From: a virus
Lineage: Duplodnaviria; Caudoviricetes
Direction: 5' to 3' (one strand)
Length of the DNA stretch: 64,000 nucleotides
IMG/VR virus record: IMGVR_UViG_3300047678_000069
Coordinates: 1,942-65,941 of that record
This document shows positions 28,303-37,554 of the stretch, piece after piece; the stretch's first letter is position 1, and each line of letters begins with the position of its first letter. The notes under the pieces are model-generated. The model was given only the letters and a program-made list of their open reading frames with translations. It did no database searches and was not told the origin of the DNA. A program made the translations under genes and the position numbers.

Positions 28303-28511
28303 TTTCTGCAGGACGCACATTGTTGCGAACTGTAAACGATCTTTGAAAACACAGACAGGGTAAGGCTGATCGGGAAACTGGTCACTACGCTGTAGAATCA
28401 AGAACGGGTAAAACCCGTGAATCCGGCTCCTAACCAGAGAACCATCACACAGATGATGTGGAAGCCGATCGACAGGAAAGCTGATTTGCTACCAGTGGAC
28501 CTGAGACGATG

Positions 28512-28564
28512 AAGCGTAGCATGGTGTGTACCATGCCTGATGATTCGAAAACGATGAAACGCTT
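28512..28564 (+). ncRNA. Type III hammerhead ribozyme
   Basis: AAGC-GUA^ / stem I GCAUGGU-GUGU-ACCAUGC / CUGAUGA / stem II U-UCG-AAAA-CGA-U / GAAA-CGCUU; stem III AAGCGU:ACGCUU is perfectly paired. Confidence 0.88.
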
Positions 28565-28573
28565 TTAGAGGAC

Positions 28574-28855
28574 ATGACAATGACTATTGAAACCGAAGTT
28601 TACTTGATGAGCCAGTTCCGTGTAGAACCGAACATGGTTCAAGTTTGTGTTGAAGAAGGGTACTACTATACTCAACGTGGCTTTGTGATTCAAGGGTTGT
28701 CTGAAGGGGTTCACTGCTATGAATTCCAGCGGGTGTTCCAGACCGAACAGTTGGCTCTTGACAAGGTTGATCAACTCGAACGACTGGTTAATGCGACCAA
28801 GGTTGATGGACTGAAAGTTACCGAGGACTGGAATTACATCGGGTCGTCAACATAG
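28574..28855 (+). CDS. Hypothetical early protein
   Basis: GAGGA RBS directly after the ribozyme. Confidence 0.7.
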   Translation: MTMTIETEVYLMSQFRVEPNMVQVCVEEGYYYTQRGFVIQGLSEGVHCYEFQRVFQTEQLALDKVDQLERLVNATKVDGLKVTEDWNYIGSST

Positions 28856-28871
28856 TGCTGACCGTGTTCAA

Positions 28872-28905
28872 GGGGGGTGACCATCGTGGTCGCTCCCTTC
28901 TTCTT
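28872..28905 (+). terminator. Terminator-like hairpin with a CAUCGUG cap
   Basis: GGGGGTGACCA-TCG-TGGTCGCTCCC followed by a pyrimidine tract. Confidence 0.55.
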
Positions 28906-28927
28906 CAATAGAAGTGAGGATGTTCCA

Positions 28928-29344
28928 ATGTTGAGTTTAGAATTCGTACTGGCTGGTCGAGCAGTGTTCACCGTCAACAATGACAAGGGCGACCACTACA
29001 CTTTCAAGGTGGTCAAGAAGGAAACGGCTTCAATGGGGCCGATCTGGTTTGCAATGCTGCTGACTGGTCCTGACAATACAAATGACTACACCTACATGGG
29101 GTGCATTGATGCTCAGCTTGGTTTCAGACTTACCGGCAAGTCAAAGTTCAAGATGGACAGTGTTCCGGTCAAGGTACTGGTCTGGACCCTTCGACATGTT
29201 TTCATGATGCTGGAACTTCCGGCTGGTTACAAGATCCACCATGAAGGAAAGTGTGGTCGCTGTGGTCGAGCTTTGACTGTACCTAGTTCTGTGGAAAGTG
29301 GGATTGGTCCTGAGTGTGCCAAAATCATGATGGGAGTATGCTGA
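28928..29344 (+). CDS. DUF6011-like Zn-ribbon protein
   Basis: CGRCGRALTVPSSVESGIGPECA. Confidence 0.8.
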   Translation: MLSLEFVLAGRAVFTVNNDKGDHYTFKVVKKETASMGPIWFAMLLTGPDNTNDYTYMGCIDAQLGFRLTGKSKFKMDSVPVKVLVWTLRHVFMMLELPAGYKIHHEGKCGRCGRALTVPSSVESGIGPECAKIMMGVC

Positions 29345-29676
29345 TGAAGACTAAAACCGCCGTTCAATGCTGTTCATGTCACAGGGCAACAGCCGAAATG
29401 GAAATTGGGTCAAACCAAGTATGCTGGAATTGCTGGAAAGCCTTGAAGCAATACAGCATATGCTCAATCTGCCGAAAGGTGTTGAGCAAAACGCTAGCAG
29501 ACCTTGCATTCAAACGTCATACTGTTTCCTGTTGTAGTCGAAAAGCCTGCAAGATTGAAGCAGATGTTGCGGTTGGTCTGCTGTGCTGTAACAAAGCAAA
29601 GAAGATCAATTGTGTTTGTGTTCGGGCTTACAAGTGTCCTGTTCATGGTGAGTTCCATGTTGGGTCGCACGATTAG
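29344..29676 (+). CDS. Cys-rich hypothetical protein
   Basis: Multiple CxxC motifs; coupled to the upstream stop. Confidence 0.6.
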   Translation: MKTKTAVQCCSCHRATAEMEIGSNQVCWNCWKALKQYSICSICRKVLSKTLADLAFKRHTVSCCSRKACKIEADVAVGLLCCNKAKKINCVCVRAYKCPVHGEFHVGSHD

Positions 29677-29733
29677 TTGTTGGGTTATAGTTGTGTGAGT
29701 TTGTTCTTTTCCTTACTTGAAAGTGAGTTTACG

Positions 29734-30918
29734 ATGGCTGCGGTTATTGCTGATATTGCTGCTGAGATTGTTACGTTCCTTCAGCAAAATGAAACTGAAT
29801 GGTTCACTGAAGAACAAGTATATCAACAATTGCGTCACTTGGTTGGCGATCGAAAAGGTGACTACCATGTGACCTATCCTTTGAGAGCCTTGGTTGGGGC
29901 TGGTGTGCTGAAGGGGACTGTTCGAAATGGCAAGGTGGTCAAGTGTTCCTTCAAATCTGCCACAGACAGTTCAGGGGTTGAAACGGTTCCCAAAGCTGAC
30001 ATGATGAAGCTTGTTTCAACTGTTCGAAGCCAGTTCGAAAAGCAAGTGACCGACCTGACCGAAAAGGTTGGAACCCTGACCGCCGAAGTTGCCAAACGCC
30101 AGTCAGCAACACGGGTTGCTCGGATCGACGTTTACCGTGGCAAGACCCTTGAACGAAAGATTGAAGGGATCTTTCATGCAACGTTTGAAGAGATTCTGGA
30201 TCTGGGAAATGCCCGTGAACCGATCTTTGCATACGGTCCCGGCGGATCTGGCAAGTCGACCATTGGTGAACAGCTTGCCGAAGCTTTGGGGTTATCGTTC
30301 CACATGATTTCCTGCTCTTCAGGGATGACTGAGGGTCAGGTGTTGGGTCGGTTGCTTCCAGTGGGGACCAACGGCAAGTTTGAATTCGTTGGTACAGAAT
30401 TCCTCAACGCCTTTGAAAACGGTGGGGTGTTTCTGGCTGATGAGATTGACGCTGCTGACCCTAACACCTTGCTGATCTGGAATTCAGCTTTGGCGAATGG
30501 CAGGATCAGTCTGCCTAATCGGCCAAAGAAACCGATGGCAGTGATGCATGAAGATTTCGTGTTCATTGCTGCAGCGAACACCCTTGGCGGTGGGGCTGAC
30601 CGGATGTATTCTGGACGCAACAAATTGGACGGGGCGTTCATGGACCGTTTTTGCTGCAGCAAGGTTATGATTGGTTATGATCCGAACCTTGAAGAACAAG
30701 TCTGTCCTGATGTAGAACTCAGAACAAGGCTTCTGGCTTACAGAGCCAACCTTGAAGCCAACCGGCTTGAGCGAATCATCAGCACTAGGTTCATGGCGAA
30801 AGCCTACAAAGCCAAACAGCGTGGGTGGTCAGACGAGAAGATTGATGAAACCCTGTTTCGGGGATGGCGTGAAAACGAAATCAATCTGGTCAAGCAAGGT
30901 GTTCGAAAGTCCTTCTGA
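29734..30918 (+). CDS. MoxR/CobS-like AAA+ ATPase
   Basis: GPGGSGKS, FLADEIDAA, IAAANT, LDGAFMDRF. Confidence 0.9.
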   Translation: MAAVIADIAAEIVTFLQQNETEWFTEEQVYQQLRHLVGDRKGDYHVTYPLRALVGAGVLKGTVRNGKVVKCSFKSATDSSGVETVPKADMMKLVSTVRSQFEKQVTDLTEKVGTLTAEVAKRQSATRVARIDVYRGKTLERKIEGIFHATFEEILDLGNAREPIFAYGPGGSGKSTIGEQLAEALGLSFHMISCSSGMTEGQVLGRLLPVGTNGKFEFVGTEFLNAFENGGVFLADEIDAADPNTLLIWNSALANGRISLPNRPKKPMAVMHEDFVFIAAANTLGGGADRMYSGRNKLDGAFMDRFCCSKVMIGYDPNLEEQVCPDVELRTRLLAYRANLEANRLERIISTRFMAKAYKAKQRGWSDEKIDETLFRGWRENEINLVKQGVRKSF

Positions 30919-30968
30919 AAGTGGTGTTGTGTTTGTGAGTGTGTTTTCTTTAATCCTAGTTCTGGAGA

Positions 30969-31829
30969 ATGATCATGAGTATCAAAAGCAATGCCCTGAA
31001 AATCACAACCCGTTCCGGCCACGAGATCTTCCGGTTCGAATCTGTTGCAGCGATGGATGGTTATGTTGACAAGACCATTCGTGGGCCAGAATTCTTCACA
31101 ACAAATCCTAGTTTCACTGGACGGGAATTCAATAGTTGGGAACAGCTTCAAGAAGCCTTGAACAAAGCGTGGGAAGAGGGTATCGAAATTGTTGAAGCGT
31201 TTGTGACACGTCTCCGGAAGCTTGAATGGCCTGAGATCAAGGAAGTAAAGGCTCGCAAGGTTTACAGCACAGAAGGTGACGAAGTTGATTTCGATCGGCT
31301 TCATGCTGGTGTTCCAGAATTCTTCACGAAGATCGAACGTGAAAAGACTGGACCAGCAACTGTGACCGTGGTGATTGATAACACCACTGCAGGATACATG
31401 GATTCGGAGGACATTCTGTGGCGTGGGGCTGCTGCTCTGGCGTTCACTGCTCTGCTGGAAGAAAAGGGGTATGGCGTTGAATTGTGGGTCACTAATGGCT
31501 CAAGACTCTACGCTTACCATCCAGACCGTGGTGTCATGACAGCAACGTGCCTGAAGCGTGCTGGTGATCCACTCGACATGAGCACCTTGACCTCAGTGGT
31601 CAGTGGTTGGTTCTACAGGACGGAAACGTTTCAGCTTCTGCACACAATCTGTGACCACCAACAGAAGGTCATGACTTCTGCGTACGGGAGGGTTCATTCC
31701 CCAACGTCAGAAGATCTTGACATGTTCACGGGTGATCAGAAACGGGTTTATGTTTCTGGGGTGTTCAGTTTCAGCGGTGCAGCAGACCTGATCGGTGATG
31801 AACTGAAAAGGATCTCAGTCGAAGATTAG
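30969..31829 (+). CDS. Partner of the MoxR ATPase (CobT/vWA-like, degenerate)
   Basis: Follows the MoxR gene; GDEVDFDR then VTVVIDNTTA MIDAS-like strand. Confidence 0.65.
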   Translation: MIMSIKSNALKITTRSGHEIFRFESVAAMDGYVDKTIRGPEFFTTNPSFTGREFNSWEQLQEALNKAWEEGIEIVEAFVTRLRKLEWPEIKEVKARKVYSTEGDEVDFDRLHAGVPEFFTKIEREKTGPATVTVVIDNTTAGYMDSEDILWRGAAALAFTALLEEKGYGVELWVTNGSRLYAYHPDRGVMTATCLKRAGDPLDMSTLTSVVSGWFYRTETFQLLHTICDHQQKVMTSAYGRVHSPTSEDLDMFTGDQKRVYVSGVFSFSGAADLIGDELKRISVED

Positions 31830-31917
31830 TTCCGGAGTTCGGGGTAGGGCACCACGTTGATGCCCTACCTTATGGACGAACATGAAAAGACCTACGGCGG
31901 TTGAGCGATTATTCGAT

Positions 31918-31950
31918 TGGGGCAGGCATCGTGTTTGCCCCTTTCTTTTT
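31918..31950 (+). terminator. Terminator-like hairpin with a CAUCGUG cap
   Basis: GGGGCAGGCA-TCG-TGTTTGCCCC followed by TTTCTTTTT. Confidence 0.65.
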
Positions 31951-31968
31951 ACACCTTATTTGGAGTTT

Positions 31969-32277
31969 ATGATGATCTACCGAGGCTACAAAATTGAACC
32001 CTTCCCAAACAGCTACCCTTTCCCGTTTTCGTATGTTCATACAGGCTACGATGGACCGGAAGACGACCGGCATGGGATTGAGGATACTGTTCAGGAATGT
32101 AAGGATGCAATTGATGATTGGTACGACGACCAGTTGTTCTGTGAACATTGCGATTCAACTGGCATCGTGCATGTTCCGAATCGACCCTACCCAAACGATC
32201 CGCGAAGCATTGAAGAAACGTTTTCTGAAGAATGTGAAAAGTGTTCCAAGGTCCACAGTCAATTGTTAAACCAATAG
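31969..32277 (+). CDS. Hypothetical protein with CxxC pairs
   Basis: GGAG RBS; CEHC...CEKC. Confidence 0.65.
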   Translation: MMIYRGYKIEPFPNSYPFPFSYVHTGYDGPEDDRHGIEDTVQECKDAIDDWYDDQLFCEHCDSTGIVHVPNRPYPNDPRSIEETFSEECEKCSKVHSQLLNQ

Positions 32278-32292
32278 CAGGAATTTTTAACG

Positions 32293-32487
32293 ATGGTCAT
32301 GGAAGCAGAAGTCCCCACAAGTGTTCGTTTACGTCGTGCAGGATTCGATAAGTGTGGCTATAATCCTCGAGAACGAAAATGGAAAGTTGGGTGTACCAAG
32401 TGCAAGGCACTGGTCATCAATGGAGTGCCATGCCATGAATTAAATTGTTCAAACTTTGTTAAGGCAAAAAACCGTGGGTTCAAATAA
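32293..32487 (+). CDS. Small Zn-binding hypothetical protein
   Basis: CTKC...INGVPCHELNC. Confidence 0.65.
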   Translation: MVMEAEVPTSVRLRRAGFDKCGYNPRERKWKVGCTKCKALVINGVPCHELNCSNFVKAKNRGFK

Positions 32488-32704
32488 GGAACTACTGACA
32501 ACTGGACAAGCTGCGACCGTGATTGGCTGCAGTATCCAACATGTAAGAACTTTGATCAACAGAAAGAAATTGCTGGCGACTTCTGTGAAAACTGTGAACG
32601 GAAGTTCAACAGGGATGGAATGGCGGATTTCAATGGATGAAGCCAAAAGGTACAGAGCCTACCAACCAAAGAAAGGATGGAAGCGTGGTCAGAAACGAAA
32701 GTGA
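32456..32704 (+). CDS. Excisionase-like HTH DNA-binding protein
   Basis: LLTTGQAATVIGCSIQHVRTLI...WRI; start codon uncertain. Confidence 0.75.
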   Translation: MLRQKTVGSNKELLTTGQAATVIGCSIQHVRTLINRKKLLATSVKTVNGSSTGMEWRISMDEAKRYRAYQPKKGWKRGQKRK

Positions 32705-32880
32705 TAAGTGGCAATCAAATGCAGAATGGAACCCGTGTTACGAGTTTGAAAACAACGTGACAACGGACACACACCAAACTAAAGAACAGGCTGAAGCTGT
32801 GTGTCGTGGGTTGATGCGTGAAGGATTGGGTTGTGGGCGTATCCACTTCCCTGTGAGAGTTTGGGTGTCTGTAAAAGAAA

Positions 32881-34506
32881 GTGAGCAAGATCATGCCGAA
32901 AGTTGATTCACCCCTCAAGGCTTTGGGGAAACAGTTGAAGGAAAGCCGAAAGAAACTTCCACCGAATGTTATTGTCAGGGCTGGTGCAGGTTGTGGTAAG
33001 ACAACAACACTGGTTGAAGGAATGAAGATGATGCGTGGCATCGAAACATTGATCACCCCTTCAGCACAACAGAAAGCTGTGTGGGATCAGATGATGTTGT
33101 CAAAGGATGCGTATTCGGTTTGCTTCACTTCGTTTGGTAAGGAACCAGCGGTGCAGATGGGTAAGAAGATTCCAGCGGGTTGCGAATCTATGACTCTGCA
33201 TCAGATGGGATCGAGGATGGTGCGGAAAGCTTTTCCAATGGCTAAGCTTGACAAGAAAGGGGAAAAGGACAGCTTGATCATTGGCAAGGTTCTGAACGTG
33301 GACATCTACAGGTTCAAGAATTCGAAGTTCATGGAATACCAATCCCTAATGGACGCGATCGAGAAGTGCAAGCTAACATTGATTGACGGCACCGAACCAA
33401 TGCAAGTTGAGGACATGCTAAACCACTTTGACATTGTCGAGGGGCGGGATCTTATCTTCAAGCACATTGAAGAGATTCTTGAACTGTCAATGGACATCAA
33501 GACAACCGGGATGTACACGTTTCCCGATATGATCTGGATCCCGATCGTTCAGAAACTTCCAATTTTCAAGTTCGACCTATTGCTGGTCGACGAATTCCAA
33601 GACCTGAACCGTTGCCAGCAAGAATTGGCTTTGTTGGCTGGTCACAGGATCATAGGTGTTGGTGATGAGAATCAGTCAATCTTTGCGTTTGCTGGTGCAG
33701 ACCAAGATTCGATGAAACGGCTTGAGAACCGTCTTCGCAATACGCCGAATGGGGTTGAAGTTTTGTTCTTGAACGAAACTCGAAGATGCGCAAAAGCCAT
33801 TGTCAGGGAAGCCCAAAAAACTGTTCCAGATTTCTTTGCCCACGAAAGCAATCCTGAGGGAGAGGTCCTGTACGATCAGCTTGAAGATACGGAATTCGGT
33901 GATTCTTACAGGAAGCGAGTTGAGGACGGCGATATGGTTCTGTGCCGCTATAATGCACCGCTTGTTTCTCAGTGTTTTAAGTTCTTGAAGGGGAAACGCA
34001 AGGCACAGATTCGTGGTCGTGAAATTGGTGGCAGCTTGATCAGGATAATCTTCAGGGCACTCAGGTATCGTGGGGACATACCGGACTTCACGAACAGTTC
34101 CAGGTTCAGTGATGATGTGTCATTGGTGGATCTTGAGTCAGGGCTTCAGGAATGGCTGGCATCAGAAGTTTCGAAAGAGCGATCCAAGAAGTTTGTTGAC
34201 GAAACCAAGATCAACGGAAAGATCGATTGCTGTGAATGCATCAAAGTGTTCTGCAGCGATTCAAAGTCAGCGGCTGAAGTGGTTGTCAGGATCAATCAAG
34301 TGTTCACTGACACAACTTGTGAAGGGATCATGCTGAGTTCGATCCATAAAGCCAAAGGCCTTGAATGCAAGACCGTTTGGCTTCTTCAGCCACAGTCAAA
34401 TTCAAAGTATCGAAAGCCCGCTCCAAAATGGCAGAGCAAACAGGAGACCAACCTTGAGCATGTTGGTATCACAAGGGCAATGAATAAACTGGTTTATGTT
34501 CACTAG
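32881..34506 (+). CDS. UvrD/Rep superfamily 1 helicase
   Basis: AGAGCGKTT, VDEFQD, VGDENQSIFAF, SIHKAKGLE, VGITRA. Confidence 0.93.
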   Translation: MSKIMPKVDSPLKALGKQLKESRKKLPPNVIVRAGAGCGKTTTLVEGMKMMRGIETLITPSAQQKAVWDQMMLSKDAYSVCFTSFGKEPAVQMGKKIPAGCESMTLHQMGSRMVRKAFPMAKLDKKGEKDSLIIGKVLNVDIYRFKNSKFMEYQSLMDAIEKCKLTLIDGTEPMQVEDMLNHFDIVEGRDLIFKHIEEILELSMDIKTTGMYTFPDMIWIPIVQKLPIFKFDLLLVDEFQDLNRCQQELALLAGHRIIGVGDENQSIFAFAGADQDSMKRLENRLRNTPNGVEVLFLNETRRCAKAIVREAQKTVPDFFAHESNPEGEVLYDQLEDTEFGDSYRKRVEDGDMVLCRYNAPLVSQCFKFLKGKRKAQIRGREIGGSLIRIIFRALRYRGDIPDFTNSSRFSDDVSLVDLESGLQEWLASEVSKERSKKFVDETKINGKIDCCECIKVFCSDSKSAAEVVVRINQVFTDTTCEGIMLSSIHKAKGLECKTVWLLQPQSNSKYRKPAPKWQSKQETNLEHVGITRAMNKLVYVH

Positions 34507-34968
34507 GTGTTTCTTGAAAGGATGTTGATCATGCAAAGGATTGCGAAGTTGTTGTTCTGGCTGAGTGTATTGGTGACCGTATGTTGCGGTTGCCGTTGGT
34601 GTGGAACCGATTACCAAGGAACTGAAATCATGAAGGAAATGTTGCCAGTTGAACACAAGCCAAGAAATCACAAGCCAAAAGCTTCTGAGCGTATTGACTT
34701 TACGGTTGAAGATGAGCGAGGGTTCCGCGAACGATTTGAGTGTGCGTCGGTTGAAGAGTTTTCGAACAGGGTGTTCAAGTATTGTCTTGGAGTGTGGAAA
34801 GCCAAGACAGCACGATACCGAAATGTTCTGGCAACTGAACTGACCGTCATTCTGGATGCGAACTTTCGCATGGGACGTACGAACTTTGCGTTTGAGCATG
34901 GTGGACTCAAGTTTCTTCCAACAGCTTATTATTTGAAAGGAGGTCAGGCTGCAACGTATAACAGTTGA
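34507..34968 (+). CDS. Hypothetical protein (start uncertain)
   Basis: ORF track. Confidence 0.5.
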   Translation: MFLERMLIMQRIAKLLFWLSVLVTVCCGCRWCGTDYQGTEIMKEMLPVEHKPRNHKPKASERIDFTVEDERGFRERFECASVEEFSNRVFKYCLGVWKAKTARYRNVLATELTVILDANFRMGRTNFAFEHGGLKFLPTAYYLKGGQAATYNS

Positions 34969-35059
34969 AAAGAATTGTTGTACAATGATCGGGCATTTTG
35001 GTTGTAAGGTTCACAACCCAATTTGATGTTCAGGTTGGGTTTCTTTTCCAGTTATTTGT

Positions 35060-35659
<600 letters not shown>

Positions 35660-35781
35660 AACTTGATGGGCTGACTTTTCTCTGGTTGGTCAGACCATAA
35701 ATTTGCACGGCGATCTGAAGGGGAAACCTTTTGGGTCGCCGTGCATTTTCGTTTGTAGGGTTGAACGGTTTGCAGGGTTAC

Positions 35782-35872
35782 TTGTTGGTTGTTACTTGTT
35801 GGTTGTTGGTTGTTGGTTGTTGGTTGTTGGTTGTTGGTTGTTGGTTGTTGGTTGTTGGTTGTTGGTTGTTGG
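35782..35872. repeat. (TTGTTGG)x13 tandem heptamer repeat, one unit variant
   Basis: Read directly; in the convergent intergenic region. Confidence 0.95.
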
Positions 35873-36188
35873 TTGCTGCGGGATTCTTGCGTGGGCTTGC
35901 AGGGTGGTTGTGTGGCTCTTGGTTGGTTGTTGGGCAGGGTTTTATTGGGCTTTTGGCTAGGGGGCGTTTGTGGGGCAAAATTGGGGCTTTTGCGATGGCT
36001 CTGGCAGGGCTTTGCAGGGGCTTTAAGCGTGGGGGGCTCTAGGGTCGGTTGGGTTTCGAAAAGCGACGCGTCTGTGGGCTTGTGGGGGGCCTTAAAACGC
36101 AAAATCGCAAGGGGTTTAGGTGGGCAGAGTTTGGGTAGGGTTTACTGTACAGTCGTATAGTATCAGATTTTGGTGGGTGTACCAACGA

Positions 36189-36219
36189 AAAACCATCCAG
36201 ATTTTTTGTCTGGATGGTT
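36189..36219 (-). terminator. Terminator ending the late module
   Basis: AACCATCCAGA/TCTGGATGGTT stem with an adjacent A-run. Confidence 0.75.
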
Positions 36220-36266
36220 CATTTAGTTAGAGGAACAGAAATAAAACGTTTGGTTGTGAACCGCGA

Positions 36267-36632
36267 TCAGACTGGTTCTTCTACTGGCGGAACTTCTTCG
36301 TCCGGAACATCGCGGACAGCCACGACTTCATGACCAAGACCAAACGCTGGAAGTGGATCTTCCAAGTCGCCGACTTGAAACGTGTACTGTTCGGAGACAA
36401 CAGTCTTATCTTCTCCATTCACGGCCTTGCCGGTTGTGTGGACGCGGAAGATGACCGACTGACTCGCTTTCACTTCGACAATGATGTTCGTGATCTCTGG
36501 TGATACTTCAGACTCCAAAGCTGGAGTTCCGTCAATCACCACTTCCACGACCTGTTTCGTGATGTCACCTGATGGCGATGGTGACCATTTCAATTTCACA
36601 TCGGCTACCAACATTCGAACAAACTCCTTCAA
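36267..36632 (-). CDS. Small beta-rich (Ig/Fn3-like) protein
   Basis: VKLKWSPSPSGDI Fn3-like start; upstream extended -10 TGCTATAAT. Confidence 0.6.
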   Translation of the reverse strand: MKEFVRMLVADVKLKWSPSPSGDITKQVVEVVIDGTPALESEVSPEITNIIVEVKASQSVIFRVHTTGKAVNGEDKTVVSEQYTFQVGDLEDPLPAFGLGHEVVAVRDVPDEEVPPVEEPV

Positions 36633-36704
36633 ACAACTTTTAACAAACTAACAGAATGTGCCGAAACAGTTCCGGCGTTCGACTTGTGTATTATAGCATA
36701 AACG

Positions 36705-36766
36705 ATCCCCGGTTTGGGCTGAAACGTTGTTGGAGCATTCAACGTGGCAGTTTCCAAACCGGGGAT
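36705..36766. other. Long intergenic hairpin
   Basis: ATCCCCGGTTTGG/CCAAACCGGGGAT 13-bp stem with an inner ACGTTG/CAACGT stem. Confidence 0.7.
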
Positions 36767-36799
36767 TTTTCGTCGGAAGATTTTAGCAACCCTTGAGAG

Positions 36800-37552
36800 T
36801 TATCGTTGCTGAATCTTTTCATGGTTATAGTTGCGGTTCAACCTGCGAATTTGAAATGTTTCTCGCAGCTTTTCGAGTCGGGCTTCACTCTGCTGGGGAA
36901 GAGAGCCGTCGGAATATTGTGTGGCACGACCAAACCAGTTTGTTGTAGGTTCTCCTATGTGAAGGACTTCGAATGGGGGTCTGACTTTGTTGAAGTGATG
37001 CCACTTCTGTTGAAAGAAGGAATCGGCACCGCCTGCATGTTTCCAGTTGATATCATGCCACGGAGCAGGTCCAAGGACAGGATCTTCAGCATGAAACACC
37101 TGACAGTAGCCTGCAAACTCAGCGACGTTTCTATGTACTGGATATTGAGGCCAGTATGGTTCCTGAGGAACTCCTGTGAGTGACGGGTACATTCTTCTGA
37201 GCGGGGTGTAGAGAGTGCCTCTTTCGATGTTGAATTCTGGAACCTTCTTCGGAATCAGAATGTCAGCGTCAAGTAAGCACAACCATCCATGCCGTCCAAA
37301 ATTGTCAAGCCCCTCTTCGAGTGCTCTCCATTTGTTGAAGTATGCTCCATCTTCATAGAAGGCATCTGTGATATGGATTGCACAGTCAAGTCCCTCAAAG
37401 GCAAAGAGCCGCGTCTCAACGTCTGCCTTTGAAGTGATGACCATAACATCATCGAAGTGATGCATATTGTATGGAAGAGTGATCTTCAGCATATCAACAC
37501 AGTCGACACAGACGATAACAGCCCGAACAGGGGGATTGGAAGAATTGAACAT
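36800..37552 (-). CDS. GT-A fold glycosyltransferase
   Basis: IVCVD, FNKWRALEEGL, WLCLLDADI (DxD), GYCQVF, AGGADSFF. Confidence 0.85.
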   Translation of the reverse strand: MFNSSNPPVRAVIVCVDCVDMLKITLPYNMHHFDDVMVITSKADVETRLFAFEGLDCAIHITDAFYEDGAYFNKWRALEEGLDNFGRHGWLCLLDADILIPKKVPEFNIERGTLYTPLRRMYPSLTGVPQEPYWPQYPVHRNVAEFAGYCQVFHAEDPVLGPAPWHDINWKHAGGADSFFQQKWHHFNKVRPPFEVLHIGEPTTNWFGRATQYSDGSLPQQSEARLEKLRETFQIRRLNRNYNHEKIQQR

Positions 37553-37554
37553 GA

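Noticed and set aside
27831-28385. ORFs across the G/T-rich island
   Set aside because: Low-complexity open frames with no RBS or recognisable motifs.
29341-29360. Second CTGATGA hammerhead-like core (another at about 20004)
   Set aside because: No flanking stems or correctly placed GAAA and NUH; both lie in coding sequence.
32456-32704. Evidence of a prophage or temperate lifestyle from the Xis-like HTH
   Set aside because: No integrase, att site or host flank is visible in the window, so lifestyle cannot be called.
36141-36170. Third TTTACT promoter-like site
   Set aside because: It lacks the GACGAYYATTC half and has no downstream plus-strand gene.
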